The position numbers and the translations under genes are program-made. From an uncultured archaeon (lineage in GTDB: Archaea; Thermoproteota; Nitrososphaeria; Nitrososphaerales; Gagatemarchaeaceae): a stretch of DNA of 64,000 bases. Each line of letters starts with the position of its first letter. The stretch's first letter is position 1. Below the pieces are notes generated by a model. It did not search any database. It was given only the letters and a program-made list of their open reading frames with translations, and was not told the origin of the DNA. Positions 1 to 8,759 of the stretch are shown here, in pieces. The stretch is from contig CAWCYD010000003.1 in assembly GCA_963799775.1 (NCBI GenBank), positions 416,001-480,000 of the forward strand, given 5' to 3'.

Positions 1-756
1 GGAGAGGCAATCGAGACTGTCGAGACGGTCGTCGCGCTTGTCATCGACCGTGTGAAGATGGCGTCCGTCGGGGTTCTCGGCGAGACCAGGGCTGCGACCG
101 ACGACGGCGAGACGAGATACCTGAGACCCCGCCCAGGCGCCGCCAGGATGTACCCCGAGACGGACATACCTGAGATAGCCATCACGGAGGAGACGAAGCG
201 CCGCTTGGCCGCCAAGCTCCCCGTCCCCTGGCAAGAGAGGGTCGCGGAGTACTCGAAGAGATACCAGCTCAGCCAAGAGGCTGCGGTCCAGCTCTTCGAC
301 TCTGAGTATTCCGGGCTCTTCGAGGAGCTCGCCACGAAGCTGAAACTCGAGCCGTCGGTCATCGCCTCGGTACTCGTCGAGATCCCCGTTCGCCTCTCCC
401 GCGAAGGGATAGACGAATCCAAGATCACTCCCGAGCTGCTCGCCTCAGCGCTCTGGGCCTTGGACGGGGGAAGGTTCGCAAAGGAAGCCACCATCGAGAT
501 ACTTCGCACCATCGGCAAGGGCGAGGCCCGTGACGTGGACGAGGCGGCCTCGAAGCTGGGCCTTGCGGGAATGGGAGACGAGGAACTCGCGAAGATCATC
601 GAAGGCGTGGTTGAGCGGAACCGAGAGCTGATCCGCAACAAAGGAGACCGCGCCTTCAGCGTCCTGATGGGCGAGGTCATGAAGCTCGCGAGGGGGAGGG
701 TAGACGGACAGAAGGTAAGCAAACTGCTCCATCAAGCCATCGAGCGAGCCAGCTGA
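1..756 (+). CDS. gatE: Glu-tRNA(Gln) amidotransferase subunit E, 3' part
   Basis: ETR..DG.T.YLRPRPGAARMYPETDIP motif and a C-terminal Yqey-like domain (LMGEVMKLARGRVDG); 5' end lies outside the window. Confidence 0.93.
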   Translation, partial: GEAIETVETVVALVIDRVKMASVGVLGETRAATDDGETRYLRPRPGAARMYPETDIPEIAITEETKRRLAAKLPVPWQERVAEYSKRYQLSQEAAVQLFDSEYSGLFEELATKLKLEPSVIASVLVEIPVRLSREGIDESKITPELLASALWALDGGRFAKEATIEILRTIGKGEARDVDEAASKLGLAGMGDEELAKIIEGVVERNRELIRNKGDRAFSVLMGEVMKLARGRVDGQKVSKLLHQAIERAS

Positions 757-804
757 ATTCTCGTACGCCCGCGCTCCGAGCCCTCTCTGGACGTCGTCTG
801 AGAA

Positions 805-1010
805 ACTCTCGCGACGAAGGCTCCGTCAGCTCTTCGGTTCATGATGCCTCGGAGCCAACTTGCCTGGCATCTGCTCCTGGGATCACCGTAGTCGTCAGGT
901 TCCCATTCATCGCTTCACATGCAGGCCCTTCCGCCCCTTCCTTTACAGGAGGAGGCAGGGAACTGGCAAGCCTTGACAGCCCCCTATCCGCCAGATTGGC
1001 CACCGCGTTG
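805..1010 (-). ncRNA. putative omega-RNA (reRNA) overlapping the tnpB 3' end; guide from the flank GGAGCCTTCGTCGCGAGAG
   Basis: About 850-1000 is nearly identical between the two tnpB copies, unlike the rest of the gene; expected position for TnpB guide RNAs; boundaries approximate. Confidence 0.6.
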
Positions 1011-2129
1011 CCGTCGCGGTGGACCCACTCCTTGCACCTCGGACACCAGAGGTGTCTCCTGTGTCTGAGGTCTCCTCTCGCAGGCCTGCAGAGCTTCTCC
1101 CCGCATGCTGAATGGATGGATGAAGACCCTCTGGTCTCTCCCCTTGTCAGCTTAACGACGGCCACTCCCTTGTTCGCCGCCTTGTAGCCCAGCATCTCAT
1201 ACTCCCTTCTATGCGGCCAGGAGTTCATCCTGAACCTATAGGCTCGACCTTTCCCGTTCCCCTTTCGATAGATCTTGTTGATGCCGGTGATGTCCTCGAG
1301 CGCGATTGCAGCTCCGGTCGACCTTGCTCTCTCGACGATCTGGTTAGTCGCGCGATGGAGCATCTGGTTCGTCCTGTCGCTCGCCCTCTTCCAGTACTTT
1401 TGCGCGAGCCTCCTCGCTATTCTCACGTCGTCCCTCTTGAAGGAAGCAAGGATCTCCCTCGTCGTCTGCTTCACTTTCACCATCCTTGAGAGGTCAACAT
1501 GCTCGAACCCTTCTCGGTCACCGTAAGTGAGGTTCTTCTCGTTCCTATCCACGCCCAGTACCCGCCTTGGCTCGATGTCCGCTACCTGGGTCGAGTAGCA
1601 TATCGCGACTCTGCCCTCCGTGATCGTCAGGCTCCTCATCTTCATGCCTGGTGTCGAGACCTTCGAGAGAGCATACCTGTTGAGCTGGACCATCTCGAAT
1701 CTGTCGTGCCCGAGGGAGATGAACAGCTTGCCCGTCGCTGTCACGAAGAATCCCCTGATTATGCATGCGGCTAGCTTCAAGGGCTTGCGGTGACTGACTC
1801 GGACGCCTCTCCTTTCGCTCTTCTCCCTGCTCCTGAGCACTGCGCATGCACGAGTTATTACTGCGGCCTTGAAAGATGATGGGAGGTCCACATCGCGGAT
1901 CGATCGGTAGAATCCCTTCATCTCCGTCCTGTTCTTGATACGGTTGCTCTCGGCGTACCGAATCGCATTGTATGTCAAGGTCCTGCATTGAGAGAGGATC
2001 TCGCGAAGGCGAGCATTGTCGTGGGGCTGCCACACCGACAGCCTCCCGAGGGACATTATGTCAGCATGATTCTAGAGTAGATAAGCGCCCATGCCCCAGC
2101 CTCATCTCGTCATGAGCCGAAGAGTCAAC
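825..2129 (-). mobile_element. TnpB-only (IS1341-like) element, copy 1
   Basis: Homology to copy 2 (48956-50257) stops at GTCAGC (825) and GTCAAC (2129); imperfect 20-bp inverted ends; no tnpA. Confidence 0.8.
839..2056 (-). CDS. tnpB: TnpB RNA-guided endonuclease
   Basis: RuvC motifs LGVDRN, IALEDI, HRDGNA intact; HxxC/CxxC zinc finger; 405 aa. Confidence 0.9.
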   Translation of the reverse strand: MSLGRLSVWQPHDNARLREILSQCRTLTYNAIRYAESNRIKNRTEMKGFYRSIRDVDLPSSFKAAVITRACAVLRSREKSERRGVRVSHRKPLKLAACIIRGFFVTATGKLFISLGHDRFEMVQLNRYALSKVSTPGMKMRSLTITEGRVAICYSTQVADIEPRRVLGVDRNEKNLTYGDREGFEHVDLSRMVKVKQTTREILASFKRDDVRIARRLAQKYWKRASDRTNQMLHRATNQIVERARSTGAAIALEDITGINKIYRKGNGKGRAYRFRMNSWPHRREYEMLGYKAANKGVAVVKLTRGETRGSSSIHSACGEKLCRPARGDLRHRRHLWCPRCKEWVHRDGNAVANLADRGLSRLASSLPPPVKEGAEGPACEAMNGNLTTTVIPGADARQVGSEAS

Positions 2130-2205
2130 GGATAACAGAGCCGCGACGAAGATACTCTTGCGTTCGTTGCACGCCTTTAATTGACAGGCCTAGAAATCGG
2201 TCGCG

Positions 2206-2499
2206 TTGGAATCACTTCGGAAATTCAACCAGAGGTTACGCCTTTGGGAAATCTATCTCTCAGGCATTTTAGGCATTCCAATCTTGCTCTTTCTCTTGTG
2301 GAAATGGAACCAGATTTCCACGACTGAATTCGGCGATGCCATCGCCTTCGTTGCCGTATGGGTTTGGGCTTTCTGCGTCTATCGACTATTCACGCTGAAG
2401 TTCCAGCCAAAGAAAGAGAAAGACGAAGTGGCAACAGCAATTTTGGCTCTCGTTCAGGAAATGAAGAAAGACAGAGAAGAAAGAAACTCTAAGCCTTGA
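2206..2499 (+). CDS. small 2-TM membrane protein (passenger)
   Basis: 97-aa ORF with two hydrophobic segments, AT-rich, inside the TIRs. Confidence 0.6.
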   Translation: MESLRKFNQRLRLWEIYLSGILGIPILLFLLWKWNQISTTEFGDAIAFVAVWVWAFCVYRLFTLKFQPKKEKDEVATAILALVQEMKKDREERNSKP

Positions 2500-2608
2500 G
2501 ATTCTTCTTGATTTTCTGTTCCCATTCTTCTTGCGTGATGAGACCCTTCTCTTCAAGGACTTCCGCTAGGGAGGTAATCATGGCATCCAAGACCTCAGCG
2601 TTTTCCAC
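2489..2608 (-). CDS. small helical protein (passenger), not in the ORF track
   Basis: Manual translation VENAEVLDAMITSLAEVLEEKGLITQEEWEQKIKKNLKA*; start uncertain. Confidence 0.55.
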   Translation of the reverse strand: MENAEVLDAMITSLAEVLEEKGLITQEEWEQKIKKNLKA

Positions 2609-2609
2609 C

Positions 2610-2783
2610 TTACTTTTCTTTGGCGTTTCGCTTTCCTCCTTTGACTAGGTATCCGTTCTCCGAGAGCCAAGCTAAAACGATGCTCCTTATCGTGTCCGAG
2701 TATCCCTTCCCCATAGTGTCGCCTAGGTCTCGGTCGATAATGGCCCAGATTTCGTCCGGTAGTGCAACGAGTGCCTTTCTCAT
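2610..2783 (-). CDS. CopG/ribbon-helix-helix-like DNA-binding protein
   Basis: MRKALVALPDEIWAIID...YSDTIRSIVLAWL; ATGA overlap with the transposase stop. Confidence 0.65.
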   Translation of the reverse strand: MRKALVALPDEIWAIIDRDLGDTMGKGYSDTIRSIVLAWLSENGYLVKGGKRNAKEK

Positions 2784-3685
2784 CGTGAAGCCACCTGCAC
2801 AGGAGCGATTGCGATTCTCTCCTGACTTTCTGGTTGCAAGGCCTCCTTTCGTGTGGCGTTTTCTACCAACGCCTTCCATCCCTTCAGGGCGATCCCGGCC
2901 TGCTCCGCCGGAGTCTTCCCCTTCAAGGCCATGTGAGGCCTCGCGAAATTGTAATTCACGACATATCCCTCTAGGATTATCCTCGCGCTGTCTTCGTTCT
3001 TGAATCCCCGCATAGGTCGGGTTCGCTCCTTCACGGTCTCATGGAGTCTCTCGACAATGTTGTTTGTCTCCCTCGACCGAATGCCGACCCTCTTCACTAG
3101 CTCAGGCCTTGCGACCTTGTATCGAGACCAAAAGACCGTGTTGAAAGCTTGGTCATACTGGTTCGAGCCGTCCACATACAAGACGTTTGGCTTGCGCTTG
3201 GCCGACTCTAGCCCCTTCCGGAATTGGGCGATTGTGTCCTTGAGGCTTCGCGTCTCGGAAAGATGTGATGCTACCAAAAACCTCGTCTCCTCATCTATCA
3301 TCTCCCAGAACCACACGTTTTGACCCTCGCATCGGATAACGGTCTCGTCGTGATGCCACCTTCCAATCTGGGGCGAGAGGGTCTTCACATACTCGGAAAC
3401 GAGCTTCGAGTATTTCTGAACCCACCGCCAAACGGTCGTCTGGTTCACCTTCTCCCCGTAGATGCTCTCAAGCTGGCGAGAGACCTTCTGCGCGGAGAGG
3501 CCTTCGAAATACATGGAGAGCGCGGTCAGTATGGCGTGCTTGTTCACCCTCATCGCCGGAAGGCTATCGTTATCGATAGACCGCTTCCCGCATTCGTTGC
3601 ACCTAATCATCTTCTTGCCGCGCATGGAACCGGCTGGCTTCACGCATTCCGAGAGGCAGTTCTTGCAAGGCATGATTCGACGCAT
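2780..3685 (-). CDS. IS6-family-like DDE transposase with N-terminal Zn ribbon and HTH
   Basis: CxxC..CxxC, TTVWRWVQKY, WHHDET, VDG, NNIVERLHETVKER, YNFARPH. Confidence 0.88.
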   Translation of the reverse strand: MRRIMPCKNCLSECVKPAGSMRGKKMIRCNECGKRSIDNDSLPAMRVNKHAILTALSMYFEGLSAQKVSRQLESIYGEKVNQTTVWRWVQKYSKLVSEYVKTLSPQIGRWHHDETVIRCEGQNVWFWEMIDEETRFLVASHLSETRSLKDTIAQFRKGLESAKRKPNVLYVDGSNQYDQAFNTVFWSRYKVARPELVKRVGIRSRETNNIVERLHETVKERTRPMRGFKNEDSARIILEGYVVNYNFARPHMALKGKTPAEQAGIALKGWKALVENATRKEALQPESQERIAIAPVQVASR

Positions 3686-3731
3686 ATCCCTATGGATATG
3701 CCACTACTTAAGCATATATCCATATGGATAT
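3682..3731. promoter_or_regulatory. two palindromic operators flanking a TATA-like box
   Basis: ATATCCCTATGGATAT (3684-3699) and perfect ATATCCATATGGATAT (3716-3731) around CTTAAG. Confidence 0.65.
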
Positions 3732-4038
3732 TTCGGTCATGAAGGGTCGATTTGTCAGACTTAAGCTGTTGAAGTCTCCAAGATATGCGATGGACACAGA
3801 TTTGGACATGACCGACACTAGGGTTTGTCTCGCGTGCAAGACTACGATGGGTCGGCTTGTAGTCAAGGGCATTGGAAAAGCGACTGACCTCACCTTCGGA
3901 ATCTCCCAAATTCTCGACCAGAGGACCGGAGACAATCGGGCGATTGTAGAGACTCTTGGCGCTATGGCCTTCATGTGTCCGAAATGCGGCCACCTTCAGT
4001 TTTATGGGCGAACGATATCTGGTCGAGCCATTCCTTAG
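3724..4038 (+). CDS. small zinc-ribbon protein (passenger)
   Basis: CLAC...CPKCGHLQFY; true start probably downstream (about 3790-3808). Confidence 0.65.
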   Translation: MDISVMKGRFVRLKLLKSPRYAMDTDLDMTDTRVCLACKTTMGRLVVKGIGKATDLTFGISQILDQRTGDNRAIVETLGAMAFMCPKCGHLQFYGRTISGRAIP

Positions 4039-4110
4039 CTGTGCAACGAACGCAAGAGTATCCGCGACGAATGACGCTTAAATAACTACGCAGACTCCTC
4101 AGAAGAGTCC

Positions 4111-4728
4111 ATGCCTGAAGATATTGGGATTATCAAGATTAGAGTGAAGTCCGGAGAGAGCGAAGCCGAGATCGAGACGTCGATGTCGAACATGAGGCAG
4201 GCGATCGAGTTTATCCCGGAGGTCTTGGCAAAGCTGCCTCAACAGGCGCTGACAAGGAGGCAGATCCACTCGTCGATGGCCGTCGAGACCCCCGCCGCGA
4301 CCCACACGCACGCAGAGGGGCCTTCCGAGGCGCCAGCAGTCTCGGCTTCGTCTGCCATACCCGCCGTCACGGTCGACAAGGGTGACTCGCTCAGCGACGT
4401 GATCTCAAAGTTCTTCGCAGACACGTGGGGACGAAGCCCTAGGAAGCTGATGGACGTGAGGGAGGCCCTGCAATCATACGGGCTGAACTACCCGAAGCAG
4501 TCGGTCGCCGTCGCGCTGCTAAGGCTTGCAAAGGCCTCGAAGATTCGGCGCTTCAAGGCTGAGGGCGGAGAGTACGTCTACACGGCGACGACAGGTGCCA
4601 TCCGCGGACCAGCGCCGATGCAACCCTCCCCAAGTCCCTCCAGCGTCGAGACCCCGGAGCCCGCGCAACTTGAAGGCGATGCTCAGATGGAAGAGCAGCT
4701 CAACCTGGACGTGCCCTCTCGCAACTGA
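4111..4728 (+). CDS. hypothetical protein with C-terminal winged helix
   Basis: N-terminal KIRVKSGESEAEIE; PRKLMDVREAL..YPKQSVAVALLRL..KIRR wHTH pattern. Confidence 0.7.
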   Translation: MPEDIGIIKIRVKSGESEAEIETSMSNMRQAIEFIPEVLAKLPQQALTRRQIHSSMAVETPAATHTHAEGPSEAPAVSASSAIPAVTVDKGDSLSDVISKFFADTWGRSPRKLMDVREALQSYGLNYPKQSVAVALLRLAKASKIRRFKAEGGEYVYTATTGAIRGPAPMQPSPSPSSVETPEPAQLEGDAQMEEQLNLDVPSRN

Positions 4729-4788
4729 TGGCTCCAGTAACTGTGTGAAACGTTTAATCGGGGATGGATTTCTACGGCCTCGCACCTC

Positions 4789-5322
4789 TTGTCATCTCCC
4801 GCGGAAAGGCAGCTTGCGGTCGCCGTCAGCTACGGCGATGTCAAAGTAGAGTTCTCTGGTTCTCCCGACGTCGTCTTCCGATCACTTCACGAGTTCATCT
4901 CGAAGGAGATCCCCAACATAGACCTGGCGAAGAGCATCTCCCTGAACTACTCTCTCAACGACCTGATACAGATGTTCAAGGACTACATCCGCTTCACCGA
5001 GGAGGGCCCAAGGGTCTGGTTCCAGGACAAGAAGCTGAGCGACAAGGACGTGATCGCGCTTCAACTGGTCGCAACCAAGGCCGCCAAGTCGTCGGGCAAG
5101 GCCAAGAGCGACGACCTGAACGTGGCGGAGCTGCAGGCCTCGACGAGCCTGCTCGCGAAGACGATAGGCTCTAGGCTCTCTGAGCTGAACAAGGCAGGCG
5201 CGGTAGACAGGATCGAGGTGGAAGGTACGGGCAGATACAGGATAACGACGACAGGCATCCACTGGCTCCACTCCCAGCTCTCGAAGAAGTTCCCGAAGGC
5301 TGGTCAGGCCCCGCCGGTCTGA
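4789..5322 (+). CDS. winged-helix DNA-binding protein
   Basis: LNVAELQASTSLLAKTIGSRLSEL...GRYRITTTG. Confidence 0.75.
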   Translation: MSSPAERQLAVAVSYGDVKVEFSGSPDVVFRSLHEFISKEIPNIDLAKSISLNYSLNDLIQMFKDYIRFTEEGPRVWFQDKKLSDKDVIALQLVATKAAKSSGKAKSDDLNVAELQASTSLLAKTIGSRLSELNKAGAVDRIEVEGTGRYRITTTGIHWLHSQLSKKFPKAGQAPPV

Positions 5323-5745
5323 GGCTCGAGAGGCCTCTTCTGCACGTAGCGGTAGTTTCGCATCGTCCCGTCCCTGAACAGGTGCCCCTTCCCGGACAAG
5401 GTCGACAAGGGCGTGGGACACTGCTGTGCGGTCGTAGTGATATCCTCGCCTCGCTAGCTCTTCGTGGACGTCCCCGAGCGTCCTCTCGGATGCGAACCAG
5501 CCCTCCTTCCACATCCTTTCCAGCAATCCGCGGCACGTCTCGAACCTCTTGCCCTCCTCGCCTGGTATTGGGGAGTCCAGCGAGGCCTCGATCGAGACCT
5601 GCTCCTTGGAGACCATCCCGGCTAGGACGCTCTCCACCGCCTGCTGCACCCTGTCTGGCGCGCATGTGATCTCTATCTCCCACGTTCCTCGCTTGAGCTT
5701 GACGGTCACGCTGGCTGGCGCCTGCGGCTGTTGCTCACCCGACAA
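5304..5745 (-). CDS. winged-helix protein (frameshift near 5390)
   Basis: EGWF..ERTLGDVHEELARRGYHYDRTAVSHALVDLVREG; continues HLFRDGTMRNYRYVQKRP if one G is removed. Confidence 0.7.
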
Positions 5746-5863
5746 TGTAACACCCCAGCCAGACCACGCCCCTAGGCAACAGGTGAATCGGGCGTCGATG
5801 TAAGATTTCAGAGCCGGTGCGCATGAGCAGCCCGGCGAATCGTCGACTACTCTGGCTCACGGT

Positions 5864-5931
5864 ATGTTGCGCAGTAGCATGTTGCGCAATACTTATTAAT
5901 TAAGTTGCGGATACTCATGTTGCGCAACATG
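5864..5931. promoter_or_regulatory. array of four GTTGCG(CA) boxes around a TATA box
   Basis: ATGTTGCGCAGT (5864), ATGTTGCGCAAT (5879), AAGTTGCGGAT (5902), perfect palindrome CATGTTGCGCAACATG (5916-5931); TTATTAATTAA between them. Confidence 0.7.
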
Positions 5932-6924
5932 AACAATCAATTGAGCGTAGCAACGGTCGTCAACATGGACACACTGCAGTCGCTTGCAATGGAGTTCAAG
6001 GAAAGGTTCGACCTGTCCTCGGGGCAGATCCATGAGAGGTTGGCCGGGAAGGAATTCATATTCAACCACGACGGCAAAGATGCGTATCCCTACGCCGGAT
6101 GGAGCGAGGCATGCGACGGGGAGCTCCGCTCGATAGCCCCGTTGAAACAGGAAGCGACCATCGCGTCGACTGACTCCTCGTGCATACTGCTCGGCGAGTC
6201 CTTCGAGGGGGCGGTTTACGCGGTGAGGGCCGCGGTCACGTTCAGCTGCGCCGGACTCGTGAGGGGCTACTTTCGGGTCGGGCCGACCGTCGTCTACCTC
6301 TCCGCGAAAGGGGCCTATGGCCTGCCGTCTGAGCTCGAGCCGATAGAGCTCAGGATAGCGGTCTCTGACCACCAGATCGCAGAGAGGATAATTCGGAACA
6401 CCGTGGAGCGCAAGATAGTCTCTACCCTCGTCTCCTGCGACCAGATCTCCGTCGTCATGGCCGACGGCTCCCTGAAGCATCCGTTCGACCTGTATGACAC
6501 CTCGCCCGCGGCCCAGTCCGACGCGAACGCCTGCCTGGTCGGGTTCTCAAAGTCGAGCTCGCTCGTCGCGTCTAGCCGCCTCACCGGCACGGTCACAAGG
6601 GCCGACGGGCCTGCTTACTGCGCCTCGCAGGAGGGCCTGGTCCAGACGATAGTGGCGAAGTTCGCAAAGGACGGCCTGGTCTTCAGGCTCGACGTCGCAA
6701 GGCCCGTCTCCCAGCTCCAGAACATCCTCGGTCTGATCCTACACAACGACGGCTTCTCCGTCGGATACCCCGAGTCGCTCAGGGTCTCTCACCACCTCTC
6801 GGTCTTCTCGAGGTCGGAGGACACGGCGCTCAAGGCCTACCTCTCGAAACGCTACCTCCTGAAGCACCTTCCGGCCTTTGGGCTCCGCAGGATCACGCTG
6901 GGCGGCCTGAGCAACTCCGGGTGA
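5929..6924 (+). CDS. nurA: NurA-family nuclease
   Basis: ASTDSS, VMADGSL, GYPESLRVSHHLS motifs; immediately upstream of a HerA; start uncertain. Confidence 0.8.
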   Translation: MNNQLSVATVVNMDTLQSLAMEFKERFDLSSGQIHERLAGKEFIFNHDGKDAYPYAGWSEACDGELRSIAPLKQEATIASTDSSCILLGESFEGAVYAVRAAVTFSCAGLVRGYFRVGPTVVYLSAKGAYGLPSELEPIELRIAVSDHQIAERIIRNTVERKIVSTLVSCDQISVVMADGSLKHPFDLYDTSPAAQSDANACLVGFSKSSSLVASSRLTGTVTRADGPAYCASQEGLVQTIVAKFAKDGLVFRLDVARPVSQLQNILGLILHNDGFSVGYPESLRVSHHLSVFSRSEDTALKAYLSKRYLLKHLPAFGLRRITLGGLSNSG

Positions 6925-6933
6925 TATAGCGAC

Positions 6934-8452
6934 ATGAGAATCCTGAGGAAGGAGTCCTCCAACATCCTGGTGGTAGCCTCTCCCAACGAGAACGTGAGGA
7001 TGGGGGACTATCTCCTTGTCTCTGACAAGGACGAGCGTAGCCTGATCCTCCAGATATACGACGAGAACTACCTCGACGTTGGCGGGATAGAGGAAGAGGT
7101 GGCCAGAGAGGAGGTGCCTCTTCGCCTCGACACAGGGGTTGACCGAGGACCCGGCTGACGTCGCTACCATCTCGAAGGAGATACGAGACATGAGGCTCTT
7201 GCAATGCAAAGCCAGGGGCAGCATAGAGCACGGCCGCTACAGCCCGAGGAACGACTGGATACCTTCTCGCACGGTCTCCAAGGTGACGAAGCTCAGCGTC
7301 AACGAGCTCCTTGACCTCGTCGGAAGGCCCGGGGAGAGGTTCATCAAGATCGGCAGGACGGGGAGCAGGTCTCACCAGTTCTCCATCCCGGCGGAGGCCT
7401 TGGACGGCCGGGTCACGATCATCACAGGTCGGAAGGAGTCGGGCAAGTCCCACCTCGCCAAGATGATGGTCAGGGGGCTTGTCTCCCAGGGCGCGTACTG
7501 CATAGTCTTCGACCTCAACGACGAATACGGCAGTATCGGGCTCAGGGCGGACGGCAGCGCCACGGACATCGCCACGAAGATAGAGGTCCGAAGACCTGGG
7601 CGGAACCTGAAGTTCTCCCTGGCGGGGGCGGGGCTTAGGGCGATCACATCGCTCCTCCAGCACTCCCTCGACATGACAGGAACCTCGGTCAGAGAATTCA
7701 TCAGGATATGGGATGCCATGGAGGCGAAGCACGAGATAGGACTAACCTCCTTGGGCAACTACATCCAGTCGTGGCGATGCAACGAGTTCGTCCGTGACGC
7801 GCTCTACACCAGGTTCCACACCCTCGCCAACTCCGGGATCTTCTACGAGGGGAAGACGGGCGACCCCGACACGAGAGAGGACGACGCTCTTGAGACCTTC
7901 TTCGAGACCCATCCCGAAGGCGGGGCGCTCGTCATCTCCCTGACCCGCACGTCGCCCCTCAACAGGCGGATGACAGTGGAGCTCATCCTCTCGAAGCTGG
8001 TCGAGCTCCTGGAGCACAGGAAGGTCCCGCCTGTCTTCCTCCTCTCGGAGGAGGCGCACCTCTACCTCCGCGACACGTACTGGGAGGATCTCATCACAAG
8101 GATGAGGCACTTCGGCGTCTTCGCGACCTTCGTGACCAACCAGCCCGACGCCATAAAGCACGAGATATACAGGCAGGCAGACAACATCTTCCTCTACAAC
8201 TTCTCGAACGACTCGGACCTCTCGTTGGTCTCGCAGGCCTCCATGGTCGACACCGACACTGTGAAGTCGATCGTCCGGACACTCCCGCCAAGGATGTGCC
8301 TGGCTCTCGGGCACGCCGTCAGCAACCTGCCGATTCTCGTGACCGTGGACCCGTTCGACTCGCCGCCAACAGGCCTCACTCGGCTCTTCTTCCAGAAGGA
8401 GGCGGACGCCATGAACGTTGCAGTCCGGAGGAACAGGAGCGGGGAACAATGA
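6934..8452 (+). CDS. herA: HerA/DUF87 helicase-ATPase (frameshift near 7130)
   Basis: N-terminal HAS-barrel-like part, Walker A GRKESGKS, FDLNDEY, Walker B LLSEEAH, RMRHFG, TNQP. Confidence 0.85.
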
Positions 8453-8733
8453 CGGAGACAGGACAAGCCTCCGTCTCCATCCGGGAAAGTGAGGCGTCAG
8501 CAGCGAATCCTGCTCCCAAGCAGGCCTCATGCGCCCACTGTCTGCGGAGGCTTGGAGCGGAGTACTACTTCACATGTCGCAGATGCGACTCGTCCTACTG
8601 CTACATCCACATGTCGCGGCACGAGCGAACGCCTTGCGGGCGAAGGTTCACGAAGGTCCGGCTGCGAGAGCAGCAGCGAATTCCCATGCTGGTTGGCTCC
8701 GGACAGGCTTCCTCCTCTTCGGCAAATGTTTAA
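8449..8733 (+). CDS. AN1-like zinc-finger protein
   Basis: CAHC-x11-CRRC-x4-CYIH-x3-H-x4-C; ATGA overlap with the herA stop. Confidence 0.65.
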   Translation: MTETGQASVSIRESEASAANPAPKQASCAHCLRRLGAEYYFTCRRCDSSYCYIHMSRHERTPCGRRFTKVRLREQQRIPMLVGSGQASSSSANV

Positions 8734-8759
8734 TACTTATTCACACTCTTTTGCTCGAC

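Larger units (their letters stand above)
2151..4062. mobile_element. IS6-like transposon with passenger genes
   Basis: Perfect 22-bp TIRs GATACTCTTGCGTTCGTTGCAC (2151-2172 / 4041-4062); 9-bp TSD CGCGACGAA (2142-2150 / 4063-4071). Confidence 0.92.
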
